From the NCBI GenBank assembly GCA_951406725.2, contig OX597818.1, positions 28,148,001 through 28,212,000 of the forward strand: DNA of 64,000 bases, given 5' to 3'. Within the stretch, counting starts at the first letter, position 1, and each line of letters starts with the position of its first letter. A program made the position numbers and the translations under genes. Origin of the DNA: Octopus vulgaris. Its lineage: Eukaryota. Shown here in pieces: positions 40,246-53,714 of this stretch. The notes under the pieces were generated by a model. The model ran no database searches, was not told where the DNA came from, and saw nothing but the letters and a program-made list of their open reading frames with translations.

Positions 40246-40739
40246 GTAAGTATATAAGAAATTCATTAATAAAATTACATTCATTAGTGCAAGAGTTAGC
40301 AAATATCTTGGTTTAGGCAGCTTCACATATGACATTTATATTTGTTTTGTTTCACCCATTGGACTGTGGACACTACCTTGAAGGGTTTAGTCTAACAAAT
40401 CCATGAAAATACTTATTTTTAAACTTAGTACTTATTCTGTTGATTTCCTGTGCCAAACCACTAAGTTCAGTGGATGTGAACTAACTATGACTGTCAAGTG
40501 ATGGCTGGAGATGAACGCAAAGACACACATATTCTTGTGTATATATAAATACATACATACATACACACACACACGTATGTATGTATGTATAGATGTATGT
40601 GCGTGTGTGAGCGTGTGTGTGTGTGCATGTGTTTGAGTCTATCTCATTAGTCTTTATTCTGTAAGATTCAACACAATACAATATATTTTAAATATTATTT
40701 ATAGCTATATATTACATTCATTATTTTTATTTCTTAAAG

Positions 40740-40781
40740 AGATGGATGATGCTTATGGTAACATTTCAAGGAGACCTGATA
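40740..40781 (+). CDS. Micro-exon A3: KMDDAYGNISRRPD
   Basis: AG/GTAAGT boundaries. Confidence 0.7.
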
Positions 40782-41162
40782 GTAAGTGTATTAACAATCC
40801 TTTAATACAATTACACTAATTAAAGCACAAGTTCACCCTTTTATTTTATTTTAGTTTCTGTCAGGGGCTGTGACAAAACGGGGTGGGGTTATTTGTTTGT
40901 TTTTGACTCATTTCCCAGCCCTATCACTGAAATCAGTTCTGGGGAAGTTAGCAAAAATTTTGGTTTGTTCTTACTTTCTGTATGGCTTAAGAAGATTCGT
41001 ATGCATGTACTTAAATGCAACATTGAAAATATTTAGAATTATACACATAATTTACATCTTTATTCATCCTCATTAATAATCCAGCCCATACATCGTCTTT
41101 GTAAGCTTTAGCTGTACCAGTAAACCAAGCAAAGATATAATGCACATTATATCTTAAAATAT

Positions 41163-43515
41163 ATGCTTAAAATATCTGGTGGTGTGGGTCATGGCCTAGT
41201 CACCCGTATTGTAAACCAGGTAATTCACAAAGAAGTCATACCTAATTAATGGCATAGCAGCAGCATAGTCAGCTGCTACAAATGTAAAGGTGATGCTTTA
41301 GATAGAAATAACTACAGGGATATCAAACTGCTGGATCAGGTTATGAAGGTCACAGAGAGGATCATAGCCTAACTAATTAGGAAGAGAGTCTGCTTAGATG
41401 AGATGCAATTCTGTTTTGTGTCAGGTAGAAGCACCACTGATGCTATATACCTGGTACAGCAACAATAGGAGTAATACCTAACCAAAGATAAACCCCTATA
41501 CTTGGCTTTTGTTGACTTGCAGAAAGCCTTTGACGGATTCCCTCAAGCCTTTATCTGGTGAGCAATGCAGAAACTGGGGATAAACGAGTGGTTAATAAGA
41601 GCTATACAGGTCTTGTACAGGGATGTTGTTAGTAAGATAAGAGTCGGCAATGAGTATAGTAAAGAATTCCAGGTAGAAGTAGGGGTTCACCAAGGATCAG
41701 TCCTCATCCCCCTTCTTATTCATCATAGTCCTCCAGGCAATAACAGTGGGAGATCCTCTATGCTGATGACCTTGCTTTCATAGCAGGATCACTACCAGAA
41801 CTAGAGAAGAAATTTCAGATGTGGAAGCAAGGTTTAGAGTTGAAGGGCCTTAGAGTCAATGTCACAAAGACCAAAGTCCTATTACATATGAAGGCGAACA
41901 CATCACATACCCCTTCAGGTAGGTGGCCCTGCCCGGTGTGTATAAAAGGTGTAGGTAGAAACTCTATAAGATGTACACAGTGTAAGCTATGGATGCATAA
42001 GTGGTGCAGCACATCAAAGGTATGTTAACCAGGAAGATAGCTTTTGTGTGCACAGGGGCAATAAACACTGCAGATGCTCATAAGACTGATTCCATCACAT
42101 GACAGGGGGAGAAACTAGAAATAATGGGTCGGTGCATAATTATTGCGGCTTTTTTTCGACAAATTTTATTCAACAAAAATAATAATATTTAACAAAAACA
42201 TCTTTAAATGACAGTCTGACAGTCTGCCAAGCAAATGGGAAGCAGTAATTGAAGTAGATAGTAAATATGCTCTGGAATAATCATTTAAAGATGTTTTTGT
42301 TACATGTTATTATTGTTTTTGTTGAATAAAATTTCTTGAAAAAAGCCGCAATAATTATGCATCAACTCAATAGTTGATAGCTTCCGTTACTTAGTCTGCA
42401 GTGGGGGTAGATGTTCAGAGAGCATTGCCACTAGAATAAGAATAGCCTGGGCAAAGTTCAGAAAGCTCCTACTTCTACTGGTGACAAAGGATTTCTCACT
42501 CAGAGTGAAAGGTAGATTGTATGATGCATGCGTGTGAACTGCCATGCTAAATAACAGTGAAACATGGGCCATGACTGCTGAAGACATGCATAGGCTTGAA
42601 AGAAATAAAGCTAGTTGGATCCACTTGATGTGTAATGTCAATGTGCACACAGTACAGAGTGTAAGTGCCCTGAGGGAAATGTTGGACATAAGCATTGGAC
42701 ATAGAGTGCAAGAGAGATGACTGTGCTGGTATGGTCATGTGCTGCATACAGATGAGGAGAACTGTGTGAAGAAGTGTCACTCCCTAACAGTGGAAGGAAC
42801 CCATGGAAGAAGGAGACTCAGTAAGACATAAAATGTGATTAGGGTGAAGCATGACCTTCGAACGTTGGGCCTCACAGAGGCAATGACAATAGACTGAGAC
42901 CTCTGGAGGTATGCTATTACTGAGAAGACCCAGTAAGTAAAGTGAGATCACAGCTGTAGCCTACACCAGTGTTGCATGACCAGCCCATTTAAAAAGTACC
43001 TTTGAATTGTCAAGCAACATTCTGCGCTTGAGGAGACCTATTGAGTCAAGTAAAATCAAAATATAATCAAATCGAATTGTAGTTGTGGCAGATGCCAGTG
43101 CTACCTGACTGGCTCCCATACTGGTGGCATGCAATATGTACCATGCATGCGTGGATCATTGCCAGTACTGCCTGACTGGCTTTCCAAGCTGGTGGCATGT
43201 AAAAAGCACCATCCAAACATGTTTGATGCCAGCCTCCCCGTCCCGACTAGTAGCACATAAAAAGCCATAGCACATAAAAAGTACCATCCGAATGTGGCCA
43301 AAGCCAGCTGCGCCTAACTGGCTCCCATGCTAGTGGCATGTAAAAAGCATCCGCTACACTCTAGGAGTGGTTGGCATTAGGAAGGGCATCCAGCTGTAGA
43401 AACACTGCCAGATCAGATTGGAACCTGGTGTGGCTCCTGGCTTGCCAGTCCTCAATCAAACTGAAGAACTCAGGCCATCATGGAAAACGGGCATTAAACG
43501 ATGATGATGATGATG
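41163..43515 (+). mobile_element. 5'-truncated RTE LINE (copy 3) containing MITE 42124-42370
   Basis: Duplicate of 31738-34093. Confidence 0.92.
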
Positions 43516-44069
43516 TATGTATTGTTATGTGTGTGTGTGTCTGTGTGCATGTGTGTGTGTGAATCTGTTTAGTTAGACTGTATTCTGTGGAATTACTTGG
43601 CATTAATTAATATAAAACCAAAATATTCTGAGATCAAATCACTTAAGAGCCAATTTTAAACTGTGAACAACGCCATTAGTACTTTTATATAATTTCTCTA
43701 ATAAAATTAGCAGTTTCAATATGGAATAAAATTTTGAAGGCCAATTTACTGAAGAACTGTCTCTCCAAACACAAATTCTGAAATGCAATTTTACCAAAAT
43801 TACTTTTATTGCCTGTTGTTCATACAAAGTTAATTTATTAGGCAGTTCTTTTCTTTTTCCCTGTACATCAATGAGAGGATAAAGAACTCATACCCTACAT
43901 TCAGCTGAGTTCGAATTCAAATATTTATTTTTGTCTAAATATACATGTATATATGTGAAATATGCAGTATGTTTTCCTATATTTTTAGTTACTTTCTATG
44001 CAATGTCAGTTTATTTAAATCATCCTCTCCAAACAATAAATATACCTATTTTTATGTAATTTTTTGAAG

Positions 44070-44129
44070 CTGTGGAAGAACAGTGCACAGAAATTAGTGA
44101 TCCCAGATATTTATGCATGAAACAGCCAG
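44070..44129 (+). CDS. Micro-exon B3: TVEEQCTEISDPRYLCMKQP
   Basis: AG/GTAAGT boundaries. Confidence 0.7.
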
Positions 44130-44264
44130 GTAAGTATAATCAATATTGGAAGTACATAGCATGATCATAGGATAACAAAAATAGAAAGCTAACAATCATG
44201 AAACATGTCGCTCTCAAACTTTTGGCTCTTGATATATGCATACATACATGTATTATCATTAGCG

Positions 44265-44780
44265 TCATCATCGTTTAACGTCCGCTTTCCATGCTAGAAT
44301 GGGTTGGACGATTTGACTGAGGTCTGGCAAACCAGATGGCTGCACCAGACTCCAATCTGATCTGGCAGAGTTTCTACAGCTGGATGCCCTTCTTAACACC
44401 AACCACTCCGAGCGTGTAGTGGATGCTTTTACGTGCCACTGGCATGAGGGTCGATCAGGCGGTACTGGCAACAGCCATGCTCAAATGGTGGTTTTTATGT
44501 GCCACCTGCACAGGAGCCAGTCCAGCAGTACTGCCAACAACCTGGCTCAAATGTCTTTTCACGAGCCACCAGCACAAGTGCTAGTAAGGCGACGCAGGTA
44601 ACGATCACGCTCGAATGGTGTTTTTAACATGCCATCGGCACGGAGGCCAGCTTGTTGTTCTGGCTACGATCTCACTCGTATGGTACTCTTAGCACTCCAC
44701 TAGCACGGAAGCCAGTTATTGAATTTGATTTCGATTTTACTTGCCTCAACAAGTCTTCGCAAGCAGAGTTTAGTGTCCAA
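44265..44780 (-). mobile_element. RTE 3'UTR fragment (copy 3)
   Basis: Duplicate of 34847-35362. Confidence 0.85.
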
Positions 44781-44907
44781 AGCAGAGTGTGTGTGAAAAT
44801 GTTTAAGTCTATTTCTCTAGCATTATGGCAGATTTGGCACAGTACTAACATCACTTAAATGTTATTTATAGCTATGCTATTTATTCTTTTTTTTTAATTT
44901 CTTAAAG

Positions 44908-44949
44908 ATATGGATGGTGCTTACGTTAATGATTCACAGATACCTGGTA
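44908..44949 (+). CDS. Micro-exon C3: DMDGAYVNDSQIPG
   Basis: AG/GTAAGT boundaries. Confidence 0.7.
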
Positions 44950-45434
44950 GTAAGTATATAAGAAATTCATTAATAAAATTACATTCATTAGTGCAAGAGT
45001 TAGCAAATATCTTGGTTTAGGCAGCTTCACATATGACATTTATATTTGTTTTGTTTCACCCATTGGACTACCTTGAAGGGTTTAGTCTAACAAATCCATG
45101 AAAATACTTATTTTTAAACTTAGTACTTATTCTGTTGATTTCCTGTGCCAAACCACTAAGTTCAGTGGATGTGAACTAACTATGACTGTCAAGTGATGGC
45201 TGGAGATGAACGCAAAGACACACATATTCTTGTGTATATATAAATACATACATACATACACACACACACGTATGTATGTATGTATAGATGTATGTGCGTG
45301 TGTGAGCGTGTGTGTGTGTGCATGTGTTTGAGTCTATCTCATTAGTCTTTATTCTGTAAGATTCAACACAATACAATATATTTTAAATATTATTTATAGC
45401 TATATATTACATTCATTATTTTTATTTCTTAAAG

Positions 45435-45476
45435 AGATGGATGATGCTTATGGTAACATTTCAAGGAGACCTGATA
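45435..45476 (+). CDS. Micro-exon A4: KMDDAYGNISRRPD
   Basis: AG/GTAAGT boundaries. Confidence 0.7.
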
Positions 45477-47362
45477 GTAAGTGTATAAACAATCCTTTAA
45501 TACAATTACACTAATTAAAGCACAGGTTCACCCTTTTATTTTATTTTAGTTTCTGTCAGGGGCTGTGACAAAACGGGTGGGGTTATTTGTTTGTTTTAGA
45601 CTCAGTTCCCAGCCCTATCACTGAAATCAGTTCTGGTGAAATTATAAAAAAAATTTTGGCTTGTTCTTCCTTTGTGTGAAATATATAGTTAAATAATATG
45701 CATATGCATATACTTAAGTACAACATTAAAGATATTAAAATTCTACACAAAATTTGTACTTTTATTAATCCTCATTAATAATCAAACCCATGAATATGCT
45801 TTGTAAGCCTTAGCTGTACTAGTAAACCAAGTAAATATATAATTTACAATAAATTCACTAGATATTTATTCAGGCAAGACACATAAAATATGGAAGAGAT
45901 TTGCAATGGTGAATATGACACATTATAATCAGTTGTTTTTAGACAGCTCTAGCTTGAAAGTAATTATGCAAAATATCTTATTTCTCAAGCCATACCTTGG
46001 GATGGCTTTTATGGTAACATGATTAATTTCAGATATCAACTTAACTTTTGACTGGCAGAAATAGTAAAACCAATAAATTAATTACTTGGCATTAATTAAT
46101 TTAGGTCCACACTTTTTCTAACTCAAAACACATAAGAGTAAATTTTATCCTGTGAATCACCCTGTAAGTACTTTTATATAATTACTCTAATAAAATTAGC
46201 AGTTTGATTATGGAATAAAATTTTGAAGGCTAATTTACTGAAGAACTTTCTCTCCAAACACAAATTCCGAAATGACATCTTACCAGAATTTCTATTGTTT
46301 CTGTTAGTTCATACAAATTGAATTTATTAGACAATTCTGGTTTTTTTCCCCTGATATATCAAAGAGAGGATAAAGAATTCATGCTCTACATTCAGCTTGG
46401 TTGGAATTCAAGTATTTATTTGTTTCTAAATATATGTGTATATGTAACCTTTTAATCTGCAACACTAACTTCAGGAAGCCTGACTGCCATCTTATAACCT
46501 ATTAGTCAGGGGACTCCGCTAGCCAAATAGACTTCATCCTCACCAGACAACGGGATGCAGGGTCGCTCTTAAATACAAAGACCCTCCCGGGTGAAGAGTG
46601 TATTCCTCAGCATAGGCTAATAATTAGTGACTTTAGGCTTGAGGCCAGAAGGACTCCAAGAAACAGACCAATCCAGAAAAGAAGGATTTGGAAGCTAAAG
46701 AACCCTTCACATGGTCAGAGATTTAGGGACATCCTCATCAAGAAATTTGATGAGAGGGAGGAGGAGCTACAGACGTCGGACATAGAAGGTAGCTGGAAAT
46801 TCCTACGGGACAGCTTGCTGAGTGCCACAGACCAAGTCTGTGGATGGTGCAAAGTTCCTTCCAGACCTAGAGTTACATGGTGGTGGAATAGTGCAGTAGA
46901 CAAAGCCATTAGTTCTAAGAAACAGGCCTGGAGAGCCTGGAGGGATGGGGGTAGCAGGGAACCGTACCAAGTAGCCAAAGGGAGGCCGGGCGGCAGGTAT
47001 ACATAGCCAAAGATATAGCAGAAAAGAAGAAGTTTGCCAATGTCCAGCGACGTGAGGACCAAAGAACTGAGGTATTTCGTATTGCTAGACAGTGTGTGAG
47101 AGAAAATAGTGATGTTACAGGAGAGAAATGTGTCCGCATGGATGATGGGGCACTTGCCTTTAATGTTGGTGAAGAGAAAGAGGCTTGGAGAAGCCATTAT
47201 GAAAGACTGCTGAATGAGGAGAATGAATGGGAGGAGGAGAGCCTGCCAAATGTTGACCCAGTAGAGGGACCAGCTATCCGAATAGACGGCTCCCTAGTAG
47301 ATAAAGCAATTAAGGATATGTAACCGGGTAAAGCCCCCGGCCCATCAAGAATCACTGCTGAG

Positions 47363-49003
47363 ATGCTTAAAACAGCTGGTTATGTGGGCTATGGCCTTGT
47401 CACCCGTATTGTTAACCAGGTAGTTCACAATGGAGTCATACCCAATGACTGGCGTAGCAGCACCATAGTCAACTGCTACAAGGGTAAGGGCGATGCTCTA
47501 GATAGAAATAACTACAGGGGTATTAAACTGTTGGATCAGGTGATGAAGACCACAGAGAGGGTCATAACCCATCTCATTAGGGAGAGAATTTGCTTAGATG
47601 AGATGCAGTTCGGTTTTGTGCCAGGTAGAAGCACCACTGATGCCATATTTCTGGTCCGACAGCTGCAGGAGAAGTACCTAGCTAAAGATAAACCCCTCTA
47701 CATAGCTTTTGTGGACTTGGAGAAAGCCTTCGACAGGGTTCCCCGATCCCTTATCTGGTGGTCGATGCGGAAACTGTTGATTGACGAATGGCTAATAAGG
47801 GCTGTACAGGCTCTATGCAGAGAGGCTGTCAGCAAGGTTAGGATTGGCAACGAATATAGTGAAGAATTCCGGGTAAAAGTAGGTGTACATCAGGGCTCAG
47901 CCCTCAGCCCCCTTTTATTCATCATAGTCCTCCAGGCAATAACAGAGGAATTCAAAACAGGTTGGCCCTGGGAGCTCCTCTATGCTGATGACCTGGCCCT
48001 CATAGCAGAATCACTACCGGAACTAAAAAAGAAATTTCGGATGTGGAAACAAGGGTTAGAATCTAAGGGCCTTAGAGTAAATGTAGCGAAGACCAAAGTT
48101 ATAGTATGCAGAAAGGCGAACTCAGTACACCCCCCATCGGGCAGATGGCCCTGCTCAAGCTGTAGGAAAGGTGTAGGTAGAAACTCCATAAGATGCACCC
48201 AGTTTAAGCTATGGACGCATAAGAGGTGCAGCAACATCAAAGGGAAATTAACTGATAAGATAGCTTTCATGTCCGGCAGATGCAAAGGGACAATAGACAC
48301 CACAGACACTCAAAAAACTGATTCCATCACACTCCAGGGGGATAAACTAGAAGTAGTTGATAGTTTTCGCTACCTGGGTGACCAAGTTAGTAGTGGGGTT
48401 GGATGCTCAGAGAGTGTCACCACTAGAATACGAATAGCCTGGGCAAAGTTTAGAAAGCTCCTACCCCTACTGGCGACAAAGGGTCTCTCACTCAGAGTGA
48501 AAGGTAGATTGTATGATGCATGTGTGCGAACTGCCATGCTTCACGGCAGTGAAACATGGGCCGTGACTGCAGAGGACATGCGTGGACTTGAAAGAAATGA
48601 AGCTAGCATGATCCGCTGGATGTGTAATGTCAGTGTGAATGCACGACAGAGTGTAAGCACCCTGAGAGAAATGCTAGGCATAAGAAGCATCAGATGCGGT
48701 GTGCAAGAGCGACGCTTGCGATGGTATGGTCATGTACTGCGGATGGATGAGGAGAGATGTGTGAAGAAGTGCCACTCCCGAACAGTTGAAGGAATCAGGG
48801 GGAGAGGTAGACCCAGGAAGACATGGGATGAGGTAGTCAAGCATGACCTCAGAGTGTTGGGCCTCACTGAGGCAATGGCGAAGGACCGAGACCTCTGGAG
48901 ATGTGCTGTGACTACTAAGACCCGGGATGCTCCCGGCACCAGTTACGCATACCCCCTGCCCATCCAAAGTACCTTGGATCCCGGAACATCTCGCTGTGCT
49001 TGA
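47363..49003 (+). CDS. RTE reverse transcriptase ORF (part of a disrupted ORF)
   Basis: NYRGIKLL, QFGF, AFVDLEKAFDRV, GVHQGSALSPLLF, LYADD, FRYLG, RGRPRKTW. Confidence 0.9.
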   Translation: MLKTAGYVGYGLVTRIVNQVVHNGVIPNDWRSSTIVNCYKGKGDALDRNNYRGIKLLDQVMKTTERVITHLIRERICLDEMQFGFVPGRSTTDAIFLVRQLQEKYLAKDKPLYIAFVDLEKAFDRVPRSLIWWSMRKLLIDEWLIRAVQALCREAVSKVRIGNEYSEEFRVKVGVHQGSALSPLLFIIVLQAITEEFKTGWPWELLYADDLALIAESLPELKKKFRMWKQGLESKGLRVNVAKTKVIVCRKANSVHPPSGRWPCSSCRKGVGRNSIRCTQFKLWTHKRCSNIKGKLTDKIAFMSGRCKGTIDTTDTQKTDSITLQGDKLEVVDSFRYLGDQVSSGVGCSESVTTRIRIAWAKFRKLLPLLATKGLSLRVKGRLYDACVRTAMLHGSETWAVTAEDMRGLERNEASMIRWMCNVSVNARQSVSTLREMLGIRSIRCGVQERRLRWYGHVLRMDEERCVKKCHSRTVEGIRGRGRPRKTWDEVVKHDLRVLGLTEAMAKDRDLWRCAVTTKTRDAPGTSYAYPLPIQSTLDPGTSRCA

Positions 49004-52000
49004 GGAGACCTGTCGAGTCAAGTGCATATACATGAACATCGAACCAAATATCAATGGAAACAGTAGTTGTGATACCTGTGCCGGTGACACATAGAAAGCA
49101 CCATCTGATCGTGGCCGTCGCCAGTGCAGCCTCCACTGGCTTCTGTGCCGGTGGCACATAAAAAGCACCATCCGAACGTGACCGATGCCAACCCTGCCTC
49201 GAATGGCTTCTGTGCCGGTGGCACATGAATATCAAACCAAATATCAATGGAAACAGTAGTTGTGATACGTGTGCCGGTGACACATAGAAAGCACCATCTG
49301 ATCGTGGCCGTTGCCAGTGCAGCTTCCACTGGCTTCTGTGCCGGTGGCACATAAAAAGCACCATCCGAACGTGACCGATGCCAACCCCGCCTTGAATGGC
49401 TTCTGTGCCGGTGGCACATGAATATCAAACCAAATATCAATGGAAACAGTAGTTGTGATACCTGTGCCGGTGACACATATAAAGCACCGTCCGAAAGAGG
49501 CCATTGCCAGTGCAGCCTCCACTGGCTTCTGTGCTGGTGGCACATGAATATCGAACCAAATATCAATGGAAACAGTAGTTGCGATACCTCAACCCCCGCC
49601 TCGAATGGCTTCCGTGCCAGTGGCACATGAATATCGAACCAAATATCAATGGAAACAGTAGTTGTGATACCTATGCCGGTGACACATAAAAAGCACCATC
49701 CGAACGTGGCTGTTGCCAGTGCAGCCTCCACTGGCTCTGTGCCGGTGGCACATAAAAAGCACCATCCGAACGTGACCGATGCCAACCCCGCCTCGAATGG
49801 CTTCTGTGCCGGTGGCACATAAAAAGCAACGTCCGAATGTGGCCGATGCCAGCACCGCCCCGACTGGCTTAAAAAGCACCAACCGATCGTGGGATCCCGG
49901 AACATCTCGCTGTGCTTGAGGAGACCTGTTGAGTCAAGTGCATGTACATGAACATCGAACCAAATATCAATGGAAACAGTAGTAGTTGTGATACCTGTGC
50001 CGGTGACACATAAAAAAGCACTATCTGAACGTGGCTGTCGCCAGTGCAGCCTCCACTGGCTTCTGTGCCGGAGGCACATAAAAAGCACCATCCGAACGTG
50101 ACCGATACCAACCCTGCCTCGAATGGGTTCTGTGCCGGTGGCACATAAAAAGCAACATCCGAACGTGGCCGATTCCAGCACCGCCCCGACTGGCTTCTGC
50201 GCCAGTGGCACATGAATATCGAACCAAATATCAATGGAAACAGTAGTTGTGATACTTCAACCCCCGCCTCGAATGGCTTCCGTGTCGGTGGCACATGAAT
50301 ATCGAACCAAATATCAATGGAAGCAGTAGTTGTGATACCTGTGCCGGTGACACATAAAAAGCACCATCCGAACGTGGCCGTTGCCAGTGCAGCCTCCACT
50401 GGCTTCTGTGCCGGTGGCACATAAAAAGCACTATCCGAACGTGACCGATACCAACCCCGCCTCGAATGGGTTCTGTGCCGGTGGCACATAAAAAGCAACA
50501 TCCGAACGTGGCCGATGCCAGCACCGCCCCGACTGGCTTCTGCGCCAGTGGCACATGAATATCGAACCAAATATCAATGGAAACAGTAGTTGTGATACTT
50601 CAACCCCCGCCTCGAATGGCTTCCGTGTCGGTGGCACATGAATATCGAACCAAATATCAATGGAAGCAGTAGTTGTGATACCTGTGCCGGTGACACATAA
50701 AAAGCACCATCCGAACGTGGCCGTTGCCAGTGCAGCCTCCACTGGCTTCTGTGCCGGTGGCACATAAAAAGCACTATCCGAACGTGACCGATACCAACCC
50801 CGCCTCGAACGGGTTCTGTGCCGGTGGCACATAAAAAGCAACATCCGAACGTGGCCGATGCCAGCACCACCCCGACTGGCTTCTGCGCCGGTGGCACATG
50901 AATATCGAACCAAATATCAATGGAAACAGTAGTTGTGATACCTCAAACCCCGCCTCGAATGGCTTCCGTGTTGGTGGCACATGAATATCGAACCAAATAT
51001 CAATGGAAACAGTAGTTGTGATACCTGTGCCAGTGACACATAAAAGCACCATCCGAACGTGGCCGTTGCCAGTGCAGCCTCCACTGGCTTCTGTGCCGGT
51101 GGCACATAAAAAGCACTATCCGAACGTGACCGATACCAACCCCGCCTCGAATGGGTTCTGTGCCGGTGGCACATAAAAAGCAACATCCGAACGTGGCCGA
51201 TGCCAGCACCACCCCGACTGGCTTCTGCGTCGGTGGCACATGAATATCGAACCAAATATCAATGGAAACGGTAGTTGTGATACCTCAACCCCCGCCTTGA
51301 ATGGCTTCCGTGTTGGTGGCACATGAATATCGAACCAAATATCAATGGAAACAGTAGTTGTGATACCTGTGCCGGTGACACATAAAAAGCACCATCCGAA
51401 CGTGGCCATTGCCAGTGCAGCCTCCACTGGCTTCTGTGCCGGTGGCACATAAAAAGCACTATCCGAACGTGACCGATGCCAACCCTGCCTTGAATGGCTT
51501 CTGTGCCGGTGGCACATAAAAAGCGACAACCCTGCCTCGAATGGCTTCTGTGCCAGTGGCACATAAAAAGCAATGCCCGAACGTGGCCGATGCCAGCACC
51601 GCCCCGACTGGCTTAAAAAGCACCAACCAATCGTGGGATCCCGGAACATCTCGCTGTGCGCTGTGCTTGAGGAGACCTGTTGAGTCAAGTGCATGTGCAT
51701 GTACATGAATATCGAACCAAATATCAATGGAAACAGTAGTAGCTGTGATACCTGTGCCGGTGACACATAAAAAGCACCATCTGAACGTGGGCGTCGCCAG
51801 TGCAGCTTCCACTGGCTTCTGTGCCGGTGGCACATAAAAGGCACCATCCGAACGTGACCGATGCCAACCCCGCCTCGAATGGGTTCTGTGCCGGTAGCAC
51901 ATAAAAAGCAACATCCGAACGTGACCGATGCCAGCACGGCCTTGACTGGCTTCTGTGCCGGTAGCACAAAAAAAAAAAAAAAAGAAAAAAAAAAGCCCCA

Positions 52001-52020
52001 ACTGATCGTGGCCGATGCCA
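48976..52020 (+). repeat. Hierarchical VNTR in the RTE 3'UTR
   Basis: ~55-60 bp modules (gtgccggtggcacataaaaagcacc...), 343-bp higher-order period (50231/50574/50917). Confidence 0.9.
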
Positions 52021-52349
52021 GACCCCTCTGGCACCTGTGCAGGTGGCACGTAAAAAGCACCCACTACACTCGCGGAGTGGTTGGCGTTAGGAAGGGCATC
52101 CAGCTGTAGAAACACTGCCAGATCAGACTGGAGCCTGGGGCAGCCCCTGGCTCCCCAGACCCCGGTCGAACCGTCCAACCTGTGCTAGCGCGGAAAACGG
52201 ACGTTAAACGATGATGATGATGATGATGATGATATATGAAATACACAATATGTTTTCCAATATTTTTAGTTACTTTCTGCGCAATATCAATATATTTACA
52301 TTCTCTTCTCCAAACAAGAAATATACCTATTTTATGCAATTTCATGAAG

Positions 52350-52409
52350 CTGTGGAAGATCATTATGCTGAAATGAATCATCCCAAATATTTATGCATAA
52401 AAAAGCCAG
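52350..52409 (+). CDS. Micro-exon B4 (diverged paralog): TVEDHYAEMNHPKYLCIKKP
   Basis: gaAG acceptor, CAG|GTAAGT donor; same 60-nt length and open frame despite many substitutions. Confidence 0.75.
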
Positions 52410-52457
52410 GTAAGTATAATCACTATTGATAATACATAACATAATCTTAGAAGAAGA

Positions 52458-53288
52458 TCATCATTATCATTGTTTAACATCAGTTTTCCAGGGTAGCATG
52501 GGTTGGACGGTTAGACCAGGGTCTGGGAAGTAGGTGGCTGCACCAGGCTCCAGTCTAATCTGGCAGTGTTTCTACAGCTGGATGTCCTACATAACGCCAA
52601 CCACTCTTTGAGTGTAGTGGGTGCTTTTTAGGTGCCACCGACACAGGGACCAGAGGAAGCTGGCAACAGCCACGATCGGTTGGTGCATTTGACATGCCAC
52701 CATCATGGAAGCCAGTCAAGGTGGCACTGGCACCAGCCATATTTGTATGGTGCTTTTAACGTGCCACCGGCATGGGTATCACAACTACAATTTCCATTTG
52801 ATTTTTATTTTGATGTTGATGTACTTGACACAATAGGTCTCTTCAAGCACAGTAGGCCGCCCTACAATCGAAGGTAAGCACAACAGGCCATCCTGTAATC
52901 CAAGGTATTTTGAATGGGCTGGGGCTGGTTATGTGATGCTGGTGTAGGATACAACCATGAACTCACTTTGTTGGGTCTTCGCAGTCACAGCATATCTCCA
53001 GAGGTCTCGGTCTTTTGTCATTGCCCCTGTGAGACCCAACATTCATAGGTCATGCTTGACCACCTCATCCCATGTCCTCCTGGGTCTACCTCTACCCTGG
53101 ATTCCTTCAATAGTTTGGGAGTGACACTTCTTCACATATCTCTCCTCATCCATCCATAGTACATGACCATACCAGCACAAACATCTCTCTTGCACATCAC
53201 ATCCGATGCTTTTTATGTCCAACATTTCTCTCAGGGCGCTCACATTCTGTCGTGTGTGTACACTGACATTACACATTCAGTGGATCAT
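52458..53288 (-). mobile_element. RTE 3' fragment
   Basis: RGRPRRTWDEVVKHDL on minus, 3'UTR, (CAT)n tail. Confidence 0.9.
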
Positions 53289-53351
53289 GAAAACTAGCAA
53301 TCATGAAACATGTCACTCTTGATCTTTTGTCTCTTAATATATGCATACATG

Positions 53352-53570
53352 TAAGGCGGTGAACTGGCAGAAATGTTAGCATGCTGTGCAAAATTCTCAA
53401 TGGTATTTCATTTGTCTTTATGTTCTGAGTTCACATTCTGCTGAGGTTGACTTTGCCTTTCATCCTTTTAGGATGGATAAATTAAGTACCAGTAGCATAC
53501 TGGGGTCAATGTAATTAACTAGCCCCTCCCCATAAATTTGAGGCCTTGTGGCTAGAGTAGAAAACAAAAG
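53352..53570 (+). mobile_element. Nin-domain-like SINE
   Basis: aggcggtgaactggcagaa head; gaggttgactttgcctttcatccttttaggatggataaattaagtaccag core. Confidence 0.65.
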
Positions 53571-53714
53571 AATATATGCATACATGCATGTTGTGTGAGA
53601 ATGTTTAAGTCTATTTCTTAAGTATTTCTTATGAGTGTTTGAGCACAACACTAACATAATCTAAATGTTATTTCTAGCATTGCTGTTTATTTTTTTTTTT
53701 TGAATTTCTTAAAG

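Larger units (their letters stand above)
31170..45790 (+). repeat. Recent tandem segmental duplication, ~4.71 kb unit, 3 copies plus a partial
   Basis: Near-identical ORFs recur at 32140/36854/41565 (periods 4714 and 4711 bp); boundaries approximate. Confidence 0.95.
46445..52232 (+). mobile_element. Young 5'-truncated RTE LINE with expanded 3'UTR
   Basis: EN end (NTNFRK...QIDFIL), RT ORF, (GAT)n tail, possible short tatatg TSD; premature stops near 46503 and 47321. Confidence 0.95.

Noticed and set aside
49000-52000. CRISPR-like repeat/spacer appearance and long minus-strand ORFs
   Set aside because: The spacers are themselves repeated modules of a LINE 3'UTR; eukaryotic context and no cas genes
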